Assembly: GCF_009914755.1 (NCBI RefSeq)
Contig: NC_060940.1
DNA length: 64,000 nucleotides
Direction: 5' to 3' (one strand)
DNA from: the human T2T-CHM13v2.0 reference genome, Homo sapiens
Both the position numbers and the translations under genes were made by a program. Position 1 is the first letter of the stretch, and the number at the start of each line of letters is the position of its first letter. Shown one piece after another: positions 1-15,430 of this stretch. The notes beneath the pieces were generated by a model. The model saw nothing but the letters and a program-made list of their open reading frames with translations. It had not been told where the DNA came from and did not search any database.

Positions 1-111
1 CTAAGCGAATTTTTACTGAGAGCTACATTTTATTTTCCTTCTTTAAGAAAGAACACTTTAGGAGACACACCTTTGTAGACAGTGGTTTCCATCACAGAAA
101 GTTAAGAAAGT

Positions 112-409
<298 letters not shown>

Positions 410-789
410 TCAGAGAGCTCACATTCTTTCCCATCTGTTATCAGCTACAATAAATTCTCCCTTCCATTTCGTGCAGAATACACTTATAAAGCATATTTTT
501 AATTTAATGTAGTCTCATGGTCCCCTACAATGAGTGAAGATTTTGTCTCATAAGATAATTGTATTTTTATCCAACTGGGAAGTCAGTTACCTTTTTCTAA
601 TATTTTCAGGGGTTGAAGGCCATATATAATAACATGCCTCGTATCTTAGGCAATCTCTGTCAGTGGGGTCATTTATTTCTCTACATATGTATGCTTTTAT
701 TGTAAAAAATAATACAGTGATAACTGGAAGGCTTCTGGATTCTATTTGTTTATAGATCAGAATGGAAGGAAATCACAGCTAACCTTTAT

Positions 790-1000
790 GATACACTGAT
801 TATGCTCCAGATACTGTACTGGATACTTTGCATGTGTTCTCTCATTTGATTCCTCACCTTGCAAGGCAGGAACTACTAACAGTCCCATTTCTACAGATGA
901 GGCTAAATTTGCCCAGCTGGTCAGTGGTAGAATCAGGATTGGCATCCAGATCCACCTGACCCCAGAGCCTGCATTCTTAACCATGAGGCTCCACTGTCTT
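790..1000 (-). mobile_element. MIR remnant
   Basis: cccatttctacagatgagg core and ccagagcctgcattcttaacca end. Confidence 0.65.
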
Positions 1001-1060
1001 TCTTTGCAATTGGCTTGCTTGTACTTTCCTTCCTTCACTCATTCAAATATGTACTACTAG

Positions 1061-1192
1061 AGACCAGGTGCAGTGGCTCAGGCCTGTAATTCCAGTGCTT
1101 TGGGAGGCCAAGGTGGGGGAACTGCTTGAGTTCAGGAGTTTGAGGCTATAGTGAGCTATGAACATACCACTGTACTCCAGCCTGGGTGACAG
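1061..1192 (+). mobile_element. Alu monomer (FRAM/FAM-like) ending in (CA)n
   Basis: Single 7SL-derived arm. Confidence 0.75.
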
Positions 1193-1274
1193 ACACACAC
1201 ACACACACACCACTAGACACCAGCATTGTGTCAGGACTTGGAGCAAAACCAGTTAATAGGGAAGACAGAGTCAC

Positions 1275-1310
<36 letters not shown>

Positions 1311-1373
1311 ACTAGACACCAGCATTGTGTCAGGAGTTGGAGCAAAACCAGTTAACAGGGAAGACAGAGTCAC
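1193..1373. repeat. Tandem duplication of (CA)n + 64-bp unique unit (period about 99 bp)
   Basis: 1211-1274 and 1310-1373 differ at 2 positions. Confidence 0.95.
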
Positions 1374-4146
1374 CTTCCCCAAGAGCTGACATTCTACTAG
1401 GGTACAAAGACAAGTAAATAACCAAGTACACAGAATAGTGGTCATTGTATTCTGGGGGCTTCCCAGAAAAAAGAGGTGTCAGTTGAGACCTGAAGGGTAT
1501 GTAAAAGTCAGTTCAGCGAAAGGAGGTAGGGGAAGCAAAGAGGTAGGGGAAGCAAAGAGGTAGGGGAGGATCTGGGGCAGAGGAAACAGCATGTAAGCTC
1601 CATGTGGCGGGAGCACAAAGGAAGAGATGGGGGTTCAAGAGAGTTACGGCTAGAGCACTTGGCGGGGACCAGACCAGAAAAGGCCTTGTGCACCATGACA
1701 AAAAGCATGCGATTCTTTCTGTTGGTTATAAGGTGCCACAAAGAGATTTTAAGAAAGGGTGTGATAAGATCTCATCTTTAATTTAGATGTTAGGATGTTG
1801 GCCATCTGGAGATTTAACAGGAAGGGAAGAAGACTGGTGGCTATAAGACCAGTCTGGCAACTGTCATGATAAAGTAAGCAGGAGGTACTTGCAGCCGAAT
1901 CCAGAGTAGCTGCAATGGAATGCACAGAAGTTGATGGTTTCAAAAAGTTTTTAGGAGGGGGTATCAGGAAGATTTGGGAACTGATTGGATGTGAGGTGTG
2001 AGAAAGAGAGGAGTCAAGAGTGACTCTTGGAAATGACTTGACAACTGTGAAGATGCTGTCACCCACTAGGATAGGAAACAGCAGAATGAAGAGGTTTTAA
2101 GGAAAGATAATGTGTTGAAATATCTGTGGGATATGGGGTGAAATCCGTGAGAGGTCTAGAATAAGATACATAAATTTGGGAGCTGGTAGCATAACTAATG
2201 TAACTGACAGAAGCTGTGGAAGTGGCCAAGTCAATGAAGTACTCAAGGAGAGTGTATTACATAAAAAAGGAAAAGGGCTGAGTACAAAATCCTGAGCTTT
2301 ACCCACACTTATGGGACATTGAAAAGAAAAAGGGACACAAAAGTAGGAAGTGTCAGATGCTACCTAGAGGTTAATTAAGAGCCAGAAGGGCAGGAGGTTG
2401 TGAAAAGTTCTGGGAGGTAAGGACTAGGTGTGTCCATGGGACTGGGTGTCTGAAACAAGGTGGAGGTGATGGACAATGCAGTTAACTATTAAATGGAACA
2501 GATAAATATTAAAATCAATTTTGAAAATTATCTGTGCAAAGCACTCTTTATGTGTTTGATTATAACAGATTCATTAAAAAAAAATCAGAGACCTCTGGAG
2601 TCATGACTTAAAGCACAATTCTCAAGCTTGTCTGGTCACTAGCATCCCACTGAATCTCTCCCCTATTCTTGCTCTGGTTCCTTTGGTTTTTTTTCACTCT
2701 GGCATCAGCTGACTCCCACTACCCCCCATCCCATGTCCACTCTAAAGCCGATCCTCCTTGGTATTCTTTCACAGAGCCCCTTATGTGTTTTTTCACAACT
2801 CAGAATACTCTTCATGATGACATATTTTCTCGTTTATTTTCTCATCCCCAAGGGGCTGCAAACTCCACAGGGCAGAGACGTCTAGTTTTGTTCATATAGG
2901 CACATGACAACTGTGCATAAATATCCGGTGACTGAATAACCAAAATGGCAGCATCATTTTTGTAGCAGAATCTGAAACTCACCGAATCTTTATATAGTGT
3001 TTTCAAACTGAAGATGATTATCCTTTAGAAGGTCATGAAATAAATCTTATCAACATCTAAAAATTCACTTGTACCACAGTATAAATAAGCATTGTTATAT
3101 AAAAATGTTTATATGTCTATAAGTATATATCTGTAAAAGTGCATGGTGTAACTATGTGTGTACAGGTTATGATATAAAATAAATTCTTATTATAGTTCTG
3201 TCAGAAACATTTTAAAGCCACCACATCAAGTTACATGATATTATCCCCACTTTTACAAATGAGACAGTCTCAAAAGGGACTTGCCCAAAATCAAGGCTGT
3301 GGGGAGAACCTAAACTGTGCCCTGTTTGGATGTCACAACCATTGCTCCCCACAGCATCCCGGCTCTGGCTGCCCGACCCAGTGCACATGGGGGTTCATGT
3401 TCACTTATCCCTCTGGGATGACAAATATCTGAGAACTATTTCCACTTGGTATCAAATGCCCAGTTGACTAAAATGATTCTGTCTATCTCAACAGCTTTTA
3501 TAGACTCGATTTGCTGGTCAGTGATTTAAATGACCAAATTAATCACGCACATAAGGAGGCTATGTTTTTTAATTCTAAAATTATATAATATAAATGTGTG
3601 TCAAATATCTTTGCATAGGACCAAAGAATAAATGTACAACATTATTATCTTGTGTGCTGAAATATAATTCTTTTAAACACATGGGAAAAGAACCATACTT
3701 CATGCAACAACTACAAACTATCTGAACCGAAGCAAGAACCACAGAAATTCCAGTGTTATTCCTATGCAATAACTAATATACTGCACTATTATAATAAGAA
3801 AAATAACAATATAAATTTACTGCTTTTTAAAAGATCATAAAGAGGGTCTATAAATGCTTACGGTCAACAAAGTTCTGTCTGCAAAATTATAGTAATGTAA
3901 TAAGAACTCATTGTACTTGACAAATTTTTTTAAAAAGATCATATTTGCAGTATTTATAGAATTTGCCCCCTCCCTTTCCTTATAACACACAAAATAATTG
4001 GTTCAGTCACTTAATTACACCAAGCCAACAATACCAAGGTTACCTACCTTTTTTTTTTTTTTTTAACTGTAAGTAAGGACTCAAAAGTTAAACACTGTGT
4101 GGAAGCAACCAGATAAAGCCAGAATGTGGGCTGTTCTAGGGTCCAC

Positions 4147-4191
4147 TGTATTATATTATAATTGGCCCATATGGGCCAATTCTATAATACA
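4147..4191. repeat. Inverted repeat with perfect 22-bp palindrome core
   Basis: aattggcccatatgggccaatt at 4160-4181, outer arms tgtattata / tataataca. Confidence 0.93.
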
Positions 4192-4579
4192 AGTGTCCTG
4201 GACTCTTCAAAAAGTCATTTTCATTTTTTTTTAAAAAAAAGGAGGTTAGGGGGTGACGCTTTAGCTACATTAAAAGAGACTATGGAGAAATAACCACTAA
4301 ATGCACATGTATGTTTTCACTGGCTCCTAAATAAGAGAAGAAAAGTTGTGAAAGATATTTTTAAGACAACTGGGAAAATATGAATATATGTTGGTTATTA
4401 GATGACATTATGCAATTACCATTAATTGTCTTAGATGTGCTAATGGCACTGTAGTTGTACAGGAGAACATCCTTACTCTTCAGAGATGCATGTGCAAGTA
4501 TTTTATAGGTGAAGTGTTAAGATATTTAATACTCACTTTTAGACAGTTCAGGGAAAAAAGTTGATTTTGATCTCTCTTG

Positions 4580-4581
<2 letters not shown>

Positions 4582-4626
<45 letters not shown>
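4582..4626. repeat. (CA)n microsatellite
   Basis: Pure AC run of about 22 units. Confidence 0.97.
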
Positions 4627-4629
<3 letters not shown>

Positions 4630-4669
4630 GGAGAGACAGAAACGCTTACTCTAGGTGGTTTCTCTAGGT

Positions 4670-4971
4670 CAGGGGTCCCTAACCCCCAGGCCATGGACCA
4701 GAACTGGTTAGGAACTGAGCCGCATGGCATCACCCTCAGAAGGGACCATCTAGTTGCAGGAAAACAAGCTCAGGGTTCCCACTGATTCTACATTATGGTA
4801 AGTTGTATAATTATTTCATCACATATTACAATGTAATAATAATAATAGAAATAAAGTGCACAATAAATGTAACGCCCTTGAATCATTCTGAAACCATCAC
4901 CTAGGCCTCGTCTGTGGAAAAATAGTCTATCAAGAACCATTCTCTGGGGCCAAAAGGGTTGGGGGCTAGTG
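4670..4971 (+). mobile_element. MER1A-like hAT-Charlie DNA transposon (internally shortened)
   Basis: Ends caggggtccctaacc...ggttgggggctagtg; 8-bp TSD-like ctctaggt / ctctagag. Confidence 0.8.
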
Positions 4972-7369
4972 CTCTAGAGACAACATGAAAAATCCTCAAG
5001 AACACAGACAGTCCCTTCACAGACCAGATTATGGTAAGTGCACTTATTACTGGGAGCCTTTCCAATCTGCCTTTAATGGCAAGACTTGATAAGTTAAAAG
5101 AAATATACATAACACATAAGAGAGTATAATTCAGCTATGATATAAATAAGGTACATCTAAGTACTGGCATGGAATGACTTCTAAGAAATTTAGTGAAAAA
5201 TGAAGTTACAAAATAGTATAGGGCCCCCTTTATTGGTAATCATTTAAAAAATGTGAAATAACTCATATAAGCTAAACAACATATTAGAGATATAAAGACT
5301 AATAAATACCCTATTCCCTTAACAAACAGGTAGCCCCTTTGCCACTCAATTCTAGCATGTCTCTGATAAATCTTTTTTCTTCCTCCTCTACAAAGGTTAC
5401 TTTCTTTTTATTATTTCCCTTCTTCTCTATAGTTTATGACACATACACGTATGCATACACACATGCACATATACATAGTATTTAGTTTTGCATGAGTTTG
5501 AACTTTACCTAAATGTTATCACTTTTCTGAAATTTTTTTTTGCTCAGCATTGTTTCTGTGACTCATCCATGTTAATATGTTTAAGCTTTAGTTCTTTAAT
5601 TTTGTTCACTTGTAATCAAAGCAGTCTTTCCAATTAATACTTTCTGCAAATGTCACAAATGTAAAATGTTATCTTGTGGTTTTAACTTAATTTCTCTGAT
5701 TTCCATACATGTTAAACACATATGTTTATTGGCCTTTCTTATTTTTGATTTGCCCATTTATATTTTTTTCCCATTTTTTTCTAGTAGTTTATCTTATTTT
5801 CTTGATTTATAGGAGTTCTCCACTTTGGAACTCAATTCATGGCTGGTCATATAATATATGTCACAAATATCGTCTCCCAATTTGTGGCTTTCCTTTCATT
5901 ATATTGTAATGACATCATCTGATGAAAAGTGGTTTTATATTTTGATATACTCCCTATATCATTTAAAAAAACTCCATAAAACAAAAACCTCGTATATTTT
6001 CTTGTATGTAGAGAATACACATAGAAGATCAATCTGGTATACACAGACCAAAGCAGTAGCTATATTAATATCTAGAGTTTCAGTTAATATGAAACTTTTG
6101 CTTTCTCCACCATATGTCTGTAATGTCTAAGTATTTAAAGTGAGCATGTACTAGTCCATTCTTAACCAGGTGACCACCTAGGGAGTTTAAAAATAGGTTT
6201 TAGGCTGTTTATGAATAGAACATTTTATTTTTGTGGGCAATATATATCCATATTTTCCCAGTTGTCTTAAAAATATCTTTCACAACTTCTTTCCTTCTTT
6301 GTTTAAGAGCCAATGAAAACGTACATGTGCATTTAATGGTTAAAAAATTTTATGTTAACATTTATTTTATATCAAATGAAAGTTTAGAGGCAGAAAGGCC
6401 CTTGGGCTCCATGGAGAAGCTGCTGAACCTCTGTATGTCAGTTTTACAATATGTGTACTGGGGTTAATAACAGAACTTACTCTGTAAGGTGATTGTGAGG
6501 ATGAAAAAGCAAATACATATACAGTGCTTAGAACAGTGCTAGCCTCATCTAAATGCTCAACAAATGGTAGTTATTATTCTCATTATTTATTCATGACTGT
6601 ATTTCAGATAAAGACTAAACGTTTGTTGCAGGTTTGATGCTCTGACTTTTTGGGGGGATGAATAAGGGGGGTACTTTCCTGGATTAAGTCCTGGTTCTAA
6701 TAATAGATACTTATAATTATGAAATAAGCAAGATGTAATATAGCTACAACAGAATATTTCTGTGAAGTTTCTCTCAGAAGTGTTTAGTCCAGGAATATAT
6801 GTGTGTACACATACAGAAGTTACGGCATACTTGAAATAAAACATTTTCCATTACTTTGTCTCTCTGGTGCCCCTTCCTTATCAGAGAACATAATGATAAT
6901 ATCAGAAACAACTGCAGTTTTTAGTAAACAGGTCTCTTCATCTTTGCTGATAAAGATCAACTATTTTTTAGAGCAGAATTTGAATCAGTTCAAATGATGC
7001 ATTTAGAAGCGATTTATATGATAACCTTATGATATCTTAAGGTTGGAGTGATTTAATTTGTATTTTTAGAAAAGAAACAAAATTCTTGAAAAATGTGTCT
7101 GTTATTTTCTATGTCTGCTTAGATAAAATTCCCACAGCCAAAGTATCTAAGCATTGTATGTATTTCTGAAAATCTTCTGGGGTTTTTAAAAGGAAGCTCA
7201 TTCAATAGTGTATGTTTGAACTTCTGCAAACTAACGCCAATTTCATCAAGAGCTCCTTTTGTTAGTTGTTAAATCTTTAGCTGAAAAAGGCCTACCAATT
7301 AGGGACAGTTTGAGTACTTAAAAATATGCTAGCTGTCCTTAAGGTTCTCTTTTCTCCCCCAAAATGTGG

Positions 7370-8760
7370 CTATTCAACAGGTATCTGTCAAGTCCCTATT
7401 TGGTGGCAGGCACTGTTCTGGGCACTGGAGAAATGACAGTGAACCGAAGAAACAATCTATGCCCTCATGGAGTTTGCATTCTAGTATGGGAAGAAGCAAT
7501 AAAAACATTAAGTATATAGTATTTTAGCAGGTGAAAGGGCTTTGAAGAAAAACTAAAGAAGGGTAAGGGCAAAGGAGAGTGTTTGAAAGTTGTGATTTTG
7601 AATATAGCGACCCTCACTGAGAAGGAACATAACATTTAAATAAAGATGTGAAGAAGGTAAAGTATATTTTGAGAAATAACTTGAGGGAGGTGATCTGGAT
7701 ATCCGCAGGAATAATATTCTAGGCAGAGAAAATAGTTATTCAACCCAAGTCCTAAGGTTGGACCTTGTCTTGTATTTAAGAAACAATAAGGAGGCTGGCA
7801 GGCTAGCTCAAGGCATCAAGCGGGAAAATAGAATGGAAGGTCGAGGAGATAATGGTGGGCCGAGTAAGTGTGGCCTAGTAGGCTGTTTTAAGGACTTTGG
7901 CTATTTATCCAAATGTAATGAAGAAGCCACTGGAAGATTTTGGGAAGAGTCATTTACATTTATAACGGATAATGGGAGACAAGGGTGGAAGCAAGGAAAC
8001 CAGTAACTGAAACAATCCAGGTGAGAAATGATGGCGACTTGAACCAGGAGGTTACAGTGGAGGTGGTAAGAAGTGAACAAGTTGTGGAAATATTTCAAAG
8101 GAAGAATGAGCAGGATTTCCTTGCAGACTTGATATTGGGTGTGACAGAAAGAGGCAGCAAGGATGACTCCAATGTTTTTTATGTTTTGAGACAGAGTCTT
8201 CCTCTGTCACTCAGGCTGGAGTGCAGTGGTGTGATCTCGGCTCACTGCAACCTCTGCCTCCTGGGTTCAAGTGATTCTCGTGCCTCAGCTCCCTAGTAAC
8301 TGGGATTACAGACATGCCTGGCTAATTTTTCTTTTTGTATTTTTAGTAGAAATAGGGTTTTGCCATGTTGGCCAGGCTGGTCTAGAACTCCTGGTCTCAT
8401 GTGATCCGCCTGCCTTGGCCTCCGAACGTGTTGGGATTACAGAAGTGAGCCACTGCGCCCAGCCAACTCAACATTTTGACAGAATTGGAAGGACGGGACT
8501 GCCATTTAGTGAGACGGGAAGCTTAAGGGTTGAGGTGGTTTAGGAGGAAAGATCAGGGATTCATTTTGGGAAAAATAGTCTGAACTGTCTATCAGACATG
8601 GACATAAAAGTGGACATGGCTAGTAGGCAGTTGCTATGTGGCTTTGGAGCATAGTGGGACGTCTAGCTTGGACATATACATACATATGTTATTAGTATGC
8701 AGGGTTATGACCCAGTAGATGGTGCTTATTAAAGCCATGAGATCACCAAGAGTGTGCAAA
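7370..8760. mobile_element. L2 remnant interrupted by an Alu
   Basis: attcaacaggtat...ggcaggcactgttctgggcactggaga...gccctcatggagtttgcattctagt. Confidence 0.65.
8175..8464 (-). mobile_element. Alu (S-type)
   Basis: Reverse-complement Alu dimer. Confidence 0.9.
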
Positions 8761-9613
8761 GAAAGAAAAATAAGACTCCTGTATAGCTCCACTAAATATA
8801 CTACAAACAACTGACACTCAGGGTATTACTGTACATCTGGAGCTGAAATTCCACGGCATTTTAAAACGCAAATCAGTGTCTTTAAAAATCAAGTTTAAAA
8901 TTTTCAATACAGAATGAATAGAGTGATGCCAGGCTATAACCACTTCCTTGAGGTTTATGCTTTAGTATTATTTGAGTCTGGTGATCTTGTTTTTTCGTCT
9001 TTGGTTCCTAGCACAATGCTTGGAAGAGTAAAGTCTCAGTAAATAATTTTGAATTTGATGAATGAATGAATGAAAAGTATGTGTGATATTAAAGAAATTT
9101 TCAGGTTATGTTTCCCTTGGCCGATGACATAACACTTGCCCTTTTAAATGTCCAACAGGTCCCATCCACTCTGCACAAAGAAGTTCCTAAGCAGGCATTC
9201 TGAGTGTGAGCTTACAAGTTCTAAAAGTAAAACATATGCTTGGCTTGACCAATAAAGGTGAGGCTAAAGGCCATGTAAAGTGATATCTTTCCAGTTTTAC
9301 AAGAAGTAGAGAAATGATCTAATAAAGAAAAAGGTAAAGAGTCCCTGGGGTTGAGGACTATATATTTAATATCTCATCAATAGACCAGACTCTAATTCCT
9401 TTATCTCAGGGCCATAGTCAGAACCATGATAACTATTTTCCAAAAAAAAAGAAAGCAAAAACAGGCGTGGTGCTCAGAGAGACAGTTCTAATTTATGTGA
9501 CTTGTCACAGCTGAGATCTTATCTTGACTGGATATATGTCTATATTGAAGATATTAGATTATTCTTTCTCATTATTTGGGACAGTGATCCCAGTCAGCCA
9601 AAGGTAACTGCGT

Positions 9614-9935
9614 AGGGCAGGAGTTTGCAAGCCTTTTAGTTTTAGGACCTCTTTATACGTTTAGAAATTATTGAGGACCTCAGAGAGGTTTTGTTTATGT
9701 GATCTATACCTGTTGATTTTTACCATATTAAAAATTAAAAGACATTTTTAAAACATATGAATACAAACACATATACGTAACGTGTCAGAGTAATGAAGTC
9801 ATTAAATGTTATGAAGTCTCTCGAAAATGCTAATATATACTTGTGAAAGAAAAAGAGCAAAAAAAGCAAACAATTTTTTATGGGTTTTATGAAAAATTAT
9901 TTTGACCTCCTGGATCCTTTCAAAGGGCTTGTGGC
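9614..9935. mobile_element. Charlie1-like DNA transposon fragment
   Basis: aattattgaggacctcagagaggttttgtttatgtg resembles the Charlie1 terminal region (by eye). Confidence 0.5.
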
Positions 9936-10108
9936 CTAGGGGAAAATTAGGGTTATCATAACAAGACTGCAAAAAGAGCCAAAATTCAGCTTTTGACTTC
10001 TGCAATGAAGTTTTTGAGTCTCTCGAGAGAAAAACTATGGAAAAATTAGATCTGTGCTGCTAAATAAGGAATCCTCAGGGTCATCAAAACAGAGAGATGA
10101 ATATCTAA

Positions 10109-10545
<437 letters not shown>

Positions 10546-10743
10546 CACAAAAAAAATTTTAAAACTTGTTTTAAAAAATCTTACATACAAATGGCACTTT
10601 CCAAGCATGACACAAAACACATATCATGACAGAAAAGATGAATTTGATTAGTAAATATTTAACAATTCTATATAGCCAAAAAAAACCTGTTATGCAAAGT
10701 AAAAAGTTATACAACAAGCTGGAGATATGTAGAGCATACATCA

Positions 10744-11115
<372 letters not shown>

Positions 11116-13271
11116 CCCTCTAACAGAAAAATGGGCAAAGTATGTAGTAAATAAGCAATTCCAAGAAAAATAATTGTAAATGGCCAGTTAGTATATGAAA
11201 AGCTATTTAATAATATTAATTATATAATTCAGGAAATGGTAATCAAAATAAGATATAGAGTGATTCAGCACAAGACGGCTGACTAGACACAGCCAGGAAG
11301 CGCCTCTCCCACTGAGAAAGACTAAAATATTGAGTAAATCAACATACTTTGAACAGGTCTTTTGAGAGAAAACACTGAGAGTTGGCAGAGAGGTGACGCA
11401 GACAACAGGTCTGAAGAGGGAGGAAGCTGGAACCCTTGCCTGGCCTTACTGAGCACCTTGACGAGTTCCTGGCCCTAAACAGCTCCTAAGGAAGGTGTGA
11501 GTGAAGGAACTGTGGCACAGCCCGCTCTCAACACGAACCTCTCGGATCTTGGCTACAAGACACCCCACAACCCCCATAGACGTTGGAATTGGCAGGCAAT
11601 CTACCTGGAGAGTAGGCAGAGACAGAGATTGAGCCTGCGCAGAGGTTGAGGGGTTTTGCGTGCAGGGCATCTGTGGCAAAACATAGCAATGGGGACCCAT
11701 TCCCCAAGGCTCTCCATCTTCTTCTGGGTAGCTCTAACCAGGGCCAGGGAAAGAGCAGGGTATGTTTGTTTGCCACCCCATCCGCCAGCCTCTCCCAAGG
11801 CCCCTGCCTGGCAGCTCCCACCAGAGCATGCCCACAGCACAACCTCCGCTGAGCAGTTCAAGTGCTTTGCTGCCAGCCCTACCTGCAGGCTTTCCAGTGA
11901 CCCAGGGACAGTGGACAAAGCTGCAGGTTCAGGCCCCAGGTGAGAGCACACAGCTCAGGAGTGCCAAACTGAGATCTGTGGCTGGCACTTGAATGGAGGA
12001 GGAGCTCCACTCTCAGAACACTGAGAAAAATGAGACACAGATTTGTGGACTGGCATGGGAACTGGGCATGCCTCCTTCCACAGGTATGGGCCAGGAAGGG
12101 TGTCGCCCATATGCCAGCCACAGCCTGTGACTGAAGTAGTCCTACAACCACAACACAACCCCAGTGATTTGGGGGCAGGAGGCTTGGAAGACAAAACTAG
12201 CTGGTTGGGGCAGATACCGGGGAGGCCACCAGAAGGAGACTGGTGGAGGGAGGGTGTGCTGGGTGGTCCCAAAAACTGTCTTGCTGAGTGACAAAACCTT
12301 GGGCTGTGGGCGCCATACCGGCTGCACACTCAGGGAAATAACGCCCTGCCCAGAGGTCCCCTGCCCTTGACCTACTGCATGAACAGACCACTTGCAGACA
12401 TACCCTATAACCTGCTCTGACTCTGCCAAGCAAAGATGGACGACCAGCAGGACTCTGAATGCTGGTCTCATAGTGACCCACCTTTGACTCGGACAACCAC
12501 TAAGGAAAGGGGAGGTACAGCCCGCCAGGACCCCCACTGGAGCCAAGGAAAGATGGGTGCAGTCCTAATGATTGGAGGTGGCTCCCATACGGCCTGGGAA
12601 CAGGTCTGGCAAGGAGGTCATCATTGCCACCCTAGTCTCCCCAATCACAGAGCGCTCTTGCAAATGTAGTCAAACACAAAAGAGGCGCACTGCTGAGTAA
12701 GTTTACCTGCTACACATTACTTTTAAGTGCCATCTACTGCATAGCAACCTATATTACACCACCAAAAAAAATTCTTCCAGCATACATTGACTGTGAAACC
12801 CAATGCAGAAATCTAGCCACAAATAAAGATCCTGTACAGAGCTTTGGACCTCAGAAATAACCCAGAAACAAAGCCAATATTCAACTTAAACCACAGTCAA
12901 ACCCTCAAGGGAAATACAGAACATAAAAACAAAAAGCACCATCCAAACAACAGCAAATTCAAAAAGATAAAGGAATACCAGCCCTCTCAGATGAGTAAGA
13001 ATCAGCACAGAACTCTGGTAATTCAGTCAGAGTGTCTCCTTACCTCCAAACAACTGCACTAGATCCCCAGCAACACTTCTTAACCAGATTGAAATGGCTG
13101 AAATGACAGTCATAGAATTCAGAATCTGGATGGCCAAAAAAAATGAGATCCAGGAGAAAACTGAAACCCAATCTAAGGAATCCAAGAAAATGATCCAAGA
13201 GTTGAAAGACGACATAGTCATTTTAAGAAAAAAACAAACTGAACTTCTCAAGTCAAAAAATTCACTACAAA

Positions 13272-13540
13272 GGCTGGGCACGGTGGCTCACTTGAGGTCA
13301 GGAGTTCAAGACCAGCCTGGCCAACATGGCAAAACCCAGTCTCTACTGAAGATTTAAAAAAAAAGAAAAAAAATAGCAGGATATGGTGGTGTGTGCCTGT
13401 GGTCCCAGCTACTTGGGTGGCTGAGGCATGAGAATCACTTGAACCCAAGGAGGTGGAGGTTGCAGTGAGCCAAGATTTGCGCCACTGCACTCCCTCCTGT
13501 GTGACAGAGCAAGACTCTGTCTCAAAAAAAAAAAAAAAAA
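13272..13540 (+). mobile_element. Alu with shortened left arm, inside the older L1
   Basis: ggtggctca joined directly to cttgaggtcagg. Confidence 0.88.
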
Positions 13541-14239
13541 TCATGAAACAGTTGGAAGAATTAAAAACAGAATAGAACAAACTGAGGAAAGACTCCCAGA
13601 GCATGAAGACTGGTCCTTCAAATCAACTCTGCCAGACAAAAATAAAGAAAAATGAATTTTGAAAAATGAACAAAACCTCTGAGAAACATGCGCTTTTATA
13701 AAGAAACAAAACCTACCACACATTGCCATTCCTGAGCCAGTAGGAGGCTGTAAGCAACTTGGAAAGCATATTTGAGGATGCAGTCCATAAGATTTCCCCC
13801 AATCTGGCTAGAGAGGTTGACAGGCAAATTTAAGATATTCAGATAATTCCTGTGAGATACTATACAAGATGACCATCCACAAGACACATAGTTATCAGAA
13901 TCTCCAAGGCCAACATGAAAGAAAGAAGCAGCTAGAGAGAAGGGTCAGGTCACATACAAAGGAAACCCCATCAAGCTAGCAGTGGACCTCTCAGCAGAAA
14001 CCTACGAGCAAGAAGAGACTGGGGGCCTATTTTCAGGATAATTAAAGAGCAGAACCAACCAAGAATTTGATATTCTGCCAAACAAAACTTCTTCTAAGCT
14101 AAGGAAAAACAAAATCCTTTTCAGACAAGCAAATGTTAAGGGAATTCATTCCCACTATGCCAGCCTTACAAGAGTTCTTTAAGGGAGTGCTAAATATAGA
14201 AATGAAAGAATAAGACCTGCTAACCACAAAAACACTTAA

Positions 14240-14529
14240 GGCCAGGTCAAATGGATCACACCTGTAATCCTAGCACTTTGGGAGGCCAAGGTGGACAGAT
14301 CACTTGAGCCCAGGAGTTCGAGACTTGCCTGGGCAACACGGAGAAATCCTGTCTCTATAAAACGTTTAAAAATTAGCCTGGTGTTGATGGCACACATCTG
14401 TAATCCCATCTACTTGGGAGGCTGAAGTGGGAGGATCACTTGAACCCAGAAAGTTGAAGCTGCAGTGAGCTGAGTTGGCGCCACTGCACTCTAGCCTGGG
14501 CAACAGAGCAAGACTTTGTCTGAAAAAAA
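14240..14529 (+). mobile_element. AluJ
   Basis: Dimer. Confidence 0.88.
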
Positions 14530-14537
14530 TACTGTAG

Positions 14538-14969
<432 letters not shown>

Positions 14970-15097
14970 TAACAGAGCAATGCTGCAAACAAACAAACAA
15001 AAGAAATACATAAATGCCCACCAAGAGATGAATGTTTAACTGAATTTTACAATCCGTATGTAATGGAATAATACCAAGGATCTATTTTTTTTTTTTT

Positions 15098-15430
15098 ATC
15101 CCAGTTCTGGGAGGCACAAGTGGGCAGATCACTTGAGGTCAGGAGTTCAAGACCAGCCTGGCCAACAGGGTGAAACCCTGTATCTACTAAAAATACAAAA
15201 AAATTAGCTGGGTGTGGTGATGCATGCCTGTAATTCCAGCTACTAGGGAGGCTGAGGCAAGAGAATTGCCTGAACCTGGGAGGCAGAGGTTTCGGTGAGC
15301 TGAGCTCCCGACACTGCACTCAAGCCTGGGTGACTGAGTGAGACTCTGTCGTAAAACAAAAAACAAAAAACAAAAAACAAACAACAACAACAACAACAAC
15401 AAAATCCCCCAAAACAATAACAACAAAAAC
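15098..15430 (+). mobile_element. AluS, 5'-clipped, tail decayed to (CAA)n
   Basis: Dimer starting at atcccag. Confidence 0.88.

Larger units (their letters stand above)
1030..2430. mobile_element. L2 remnant (interrupted)
   Basis: cattcaaatatg...cagcattgtgtcagg...gacattctactag motifs and purine-rich L2 body. Confidence 0.55.

Noticed and set aside
1523-1567. 17-bp repeat x2.6 with G4 runs as a G-quadruplex
   Set aside because: Loops are 13 nt and the repeat holds only three G4 runs; a simple local duplication.
11446-12669. Dense overlapping ORFs on both strands
   Set aside because: They fall in the GC-rich 5'UTR of an old L1, where stop codons are rare.
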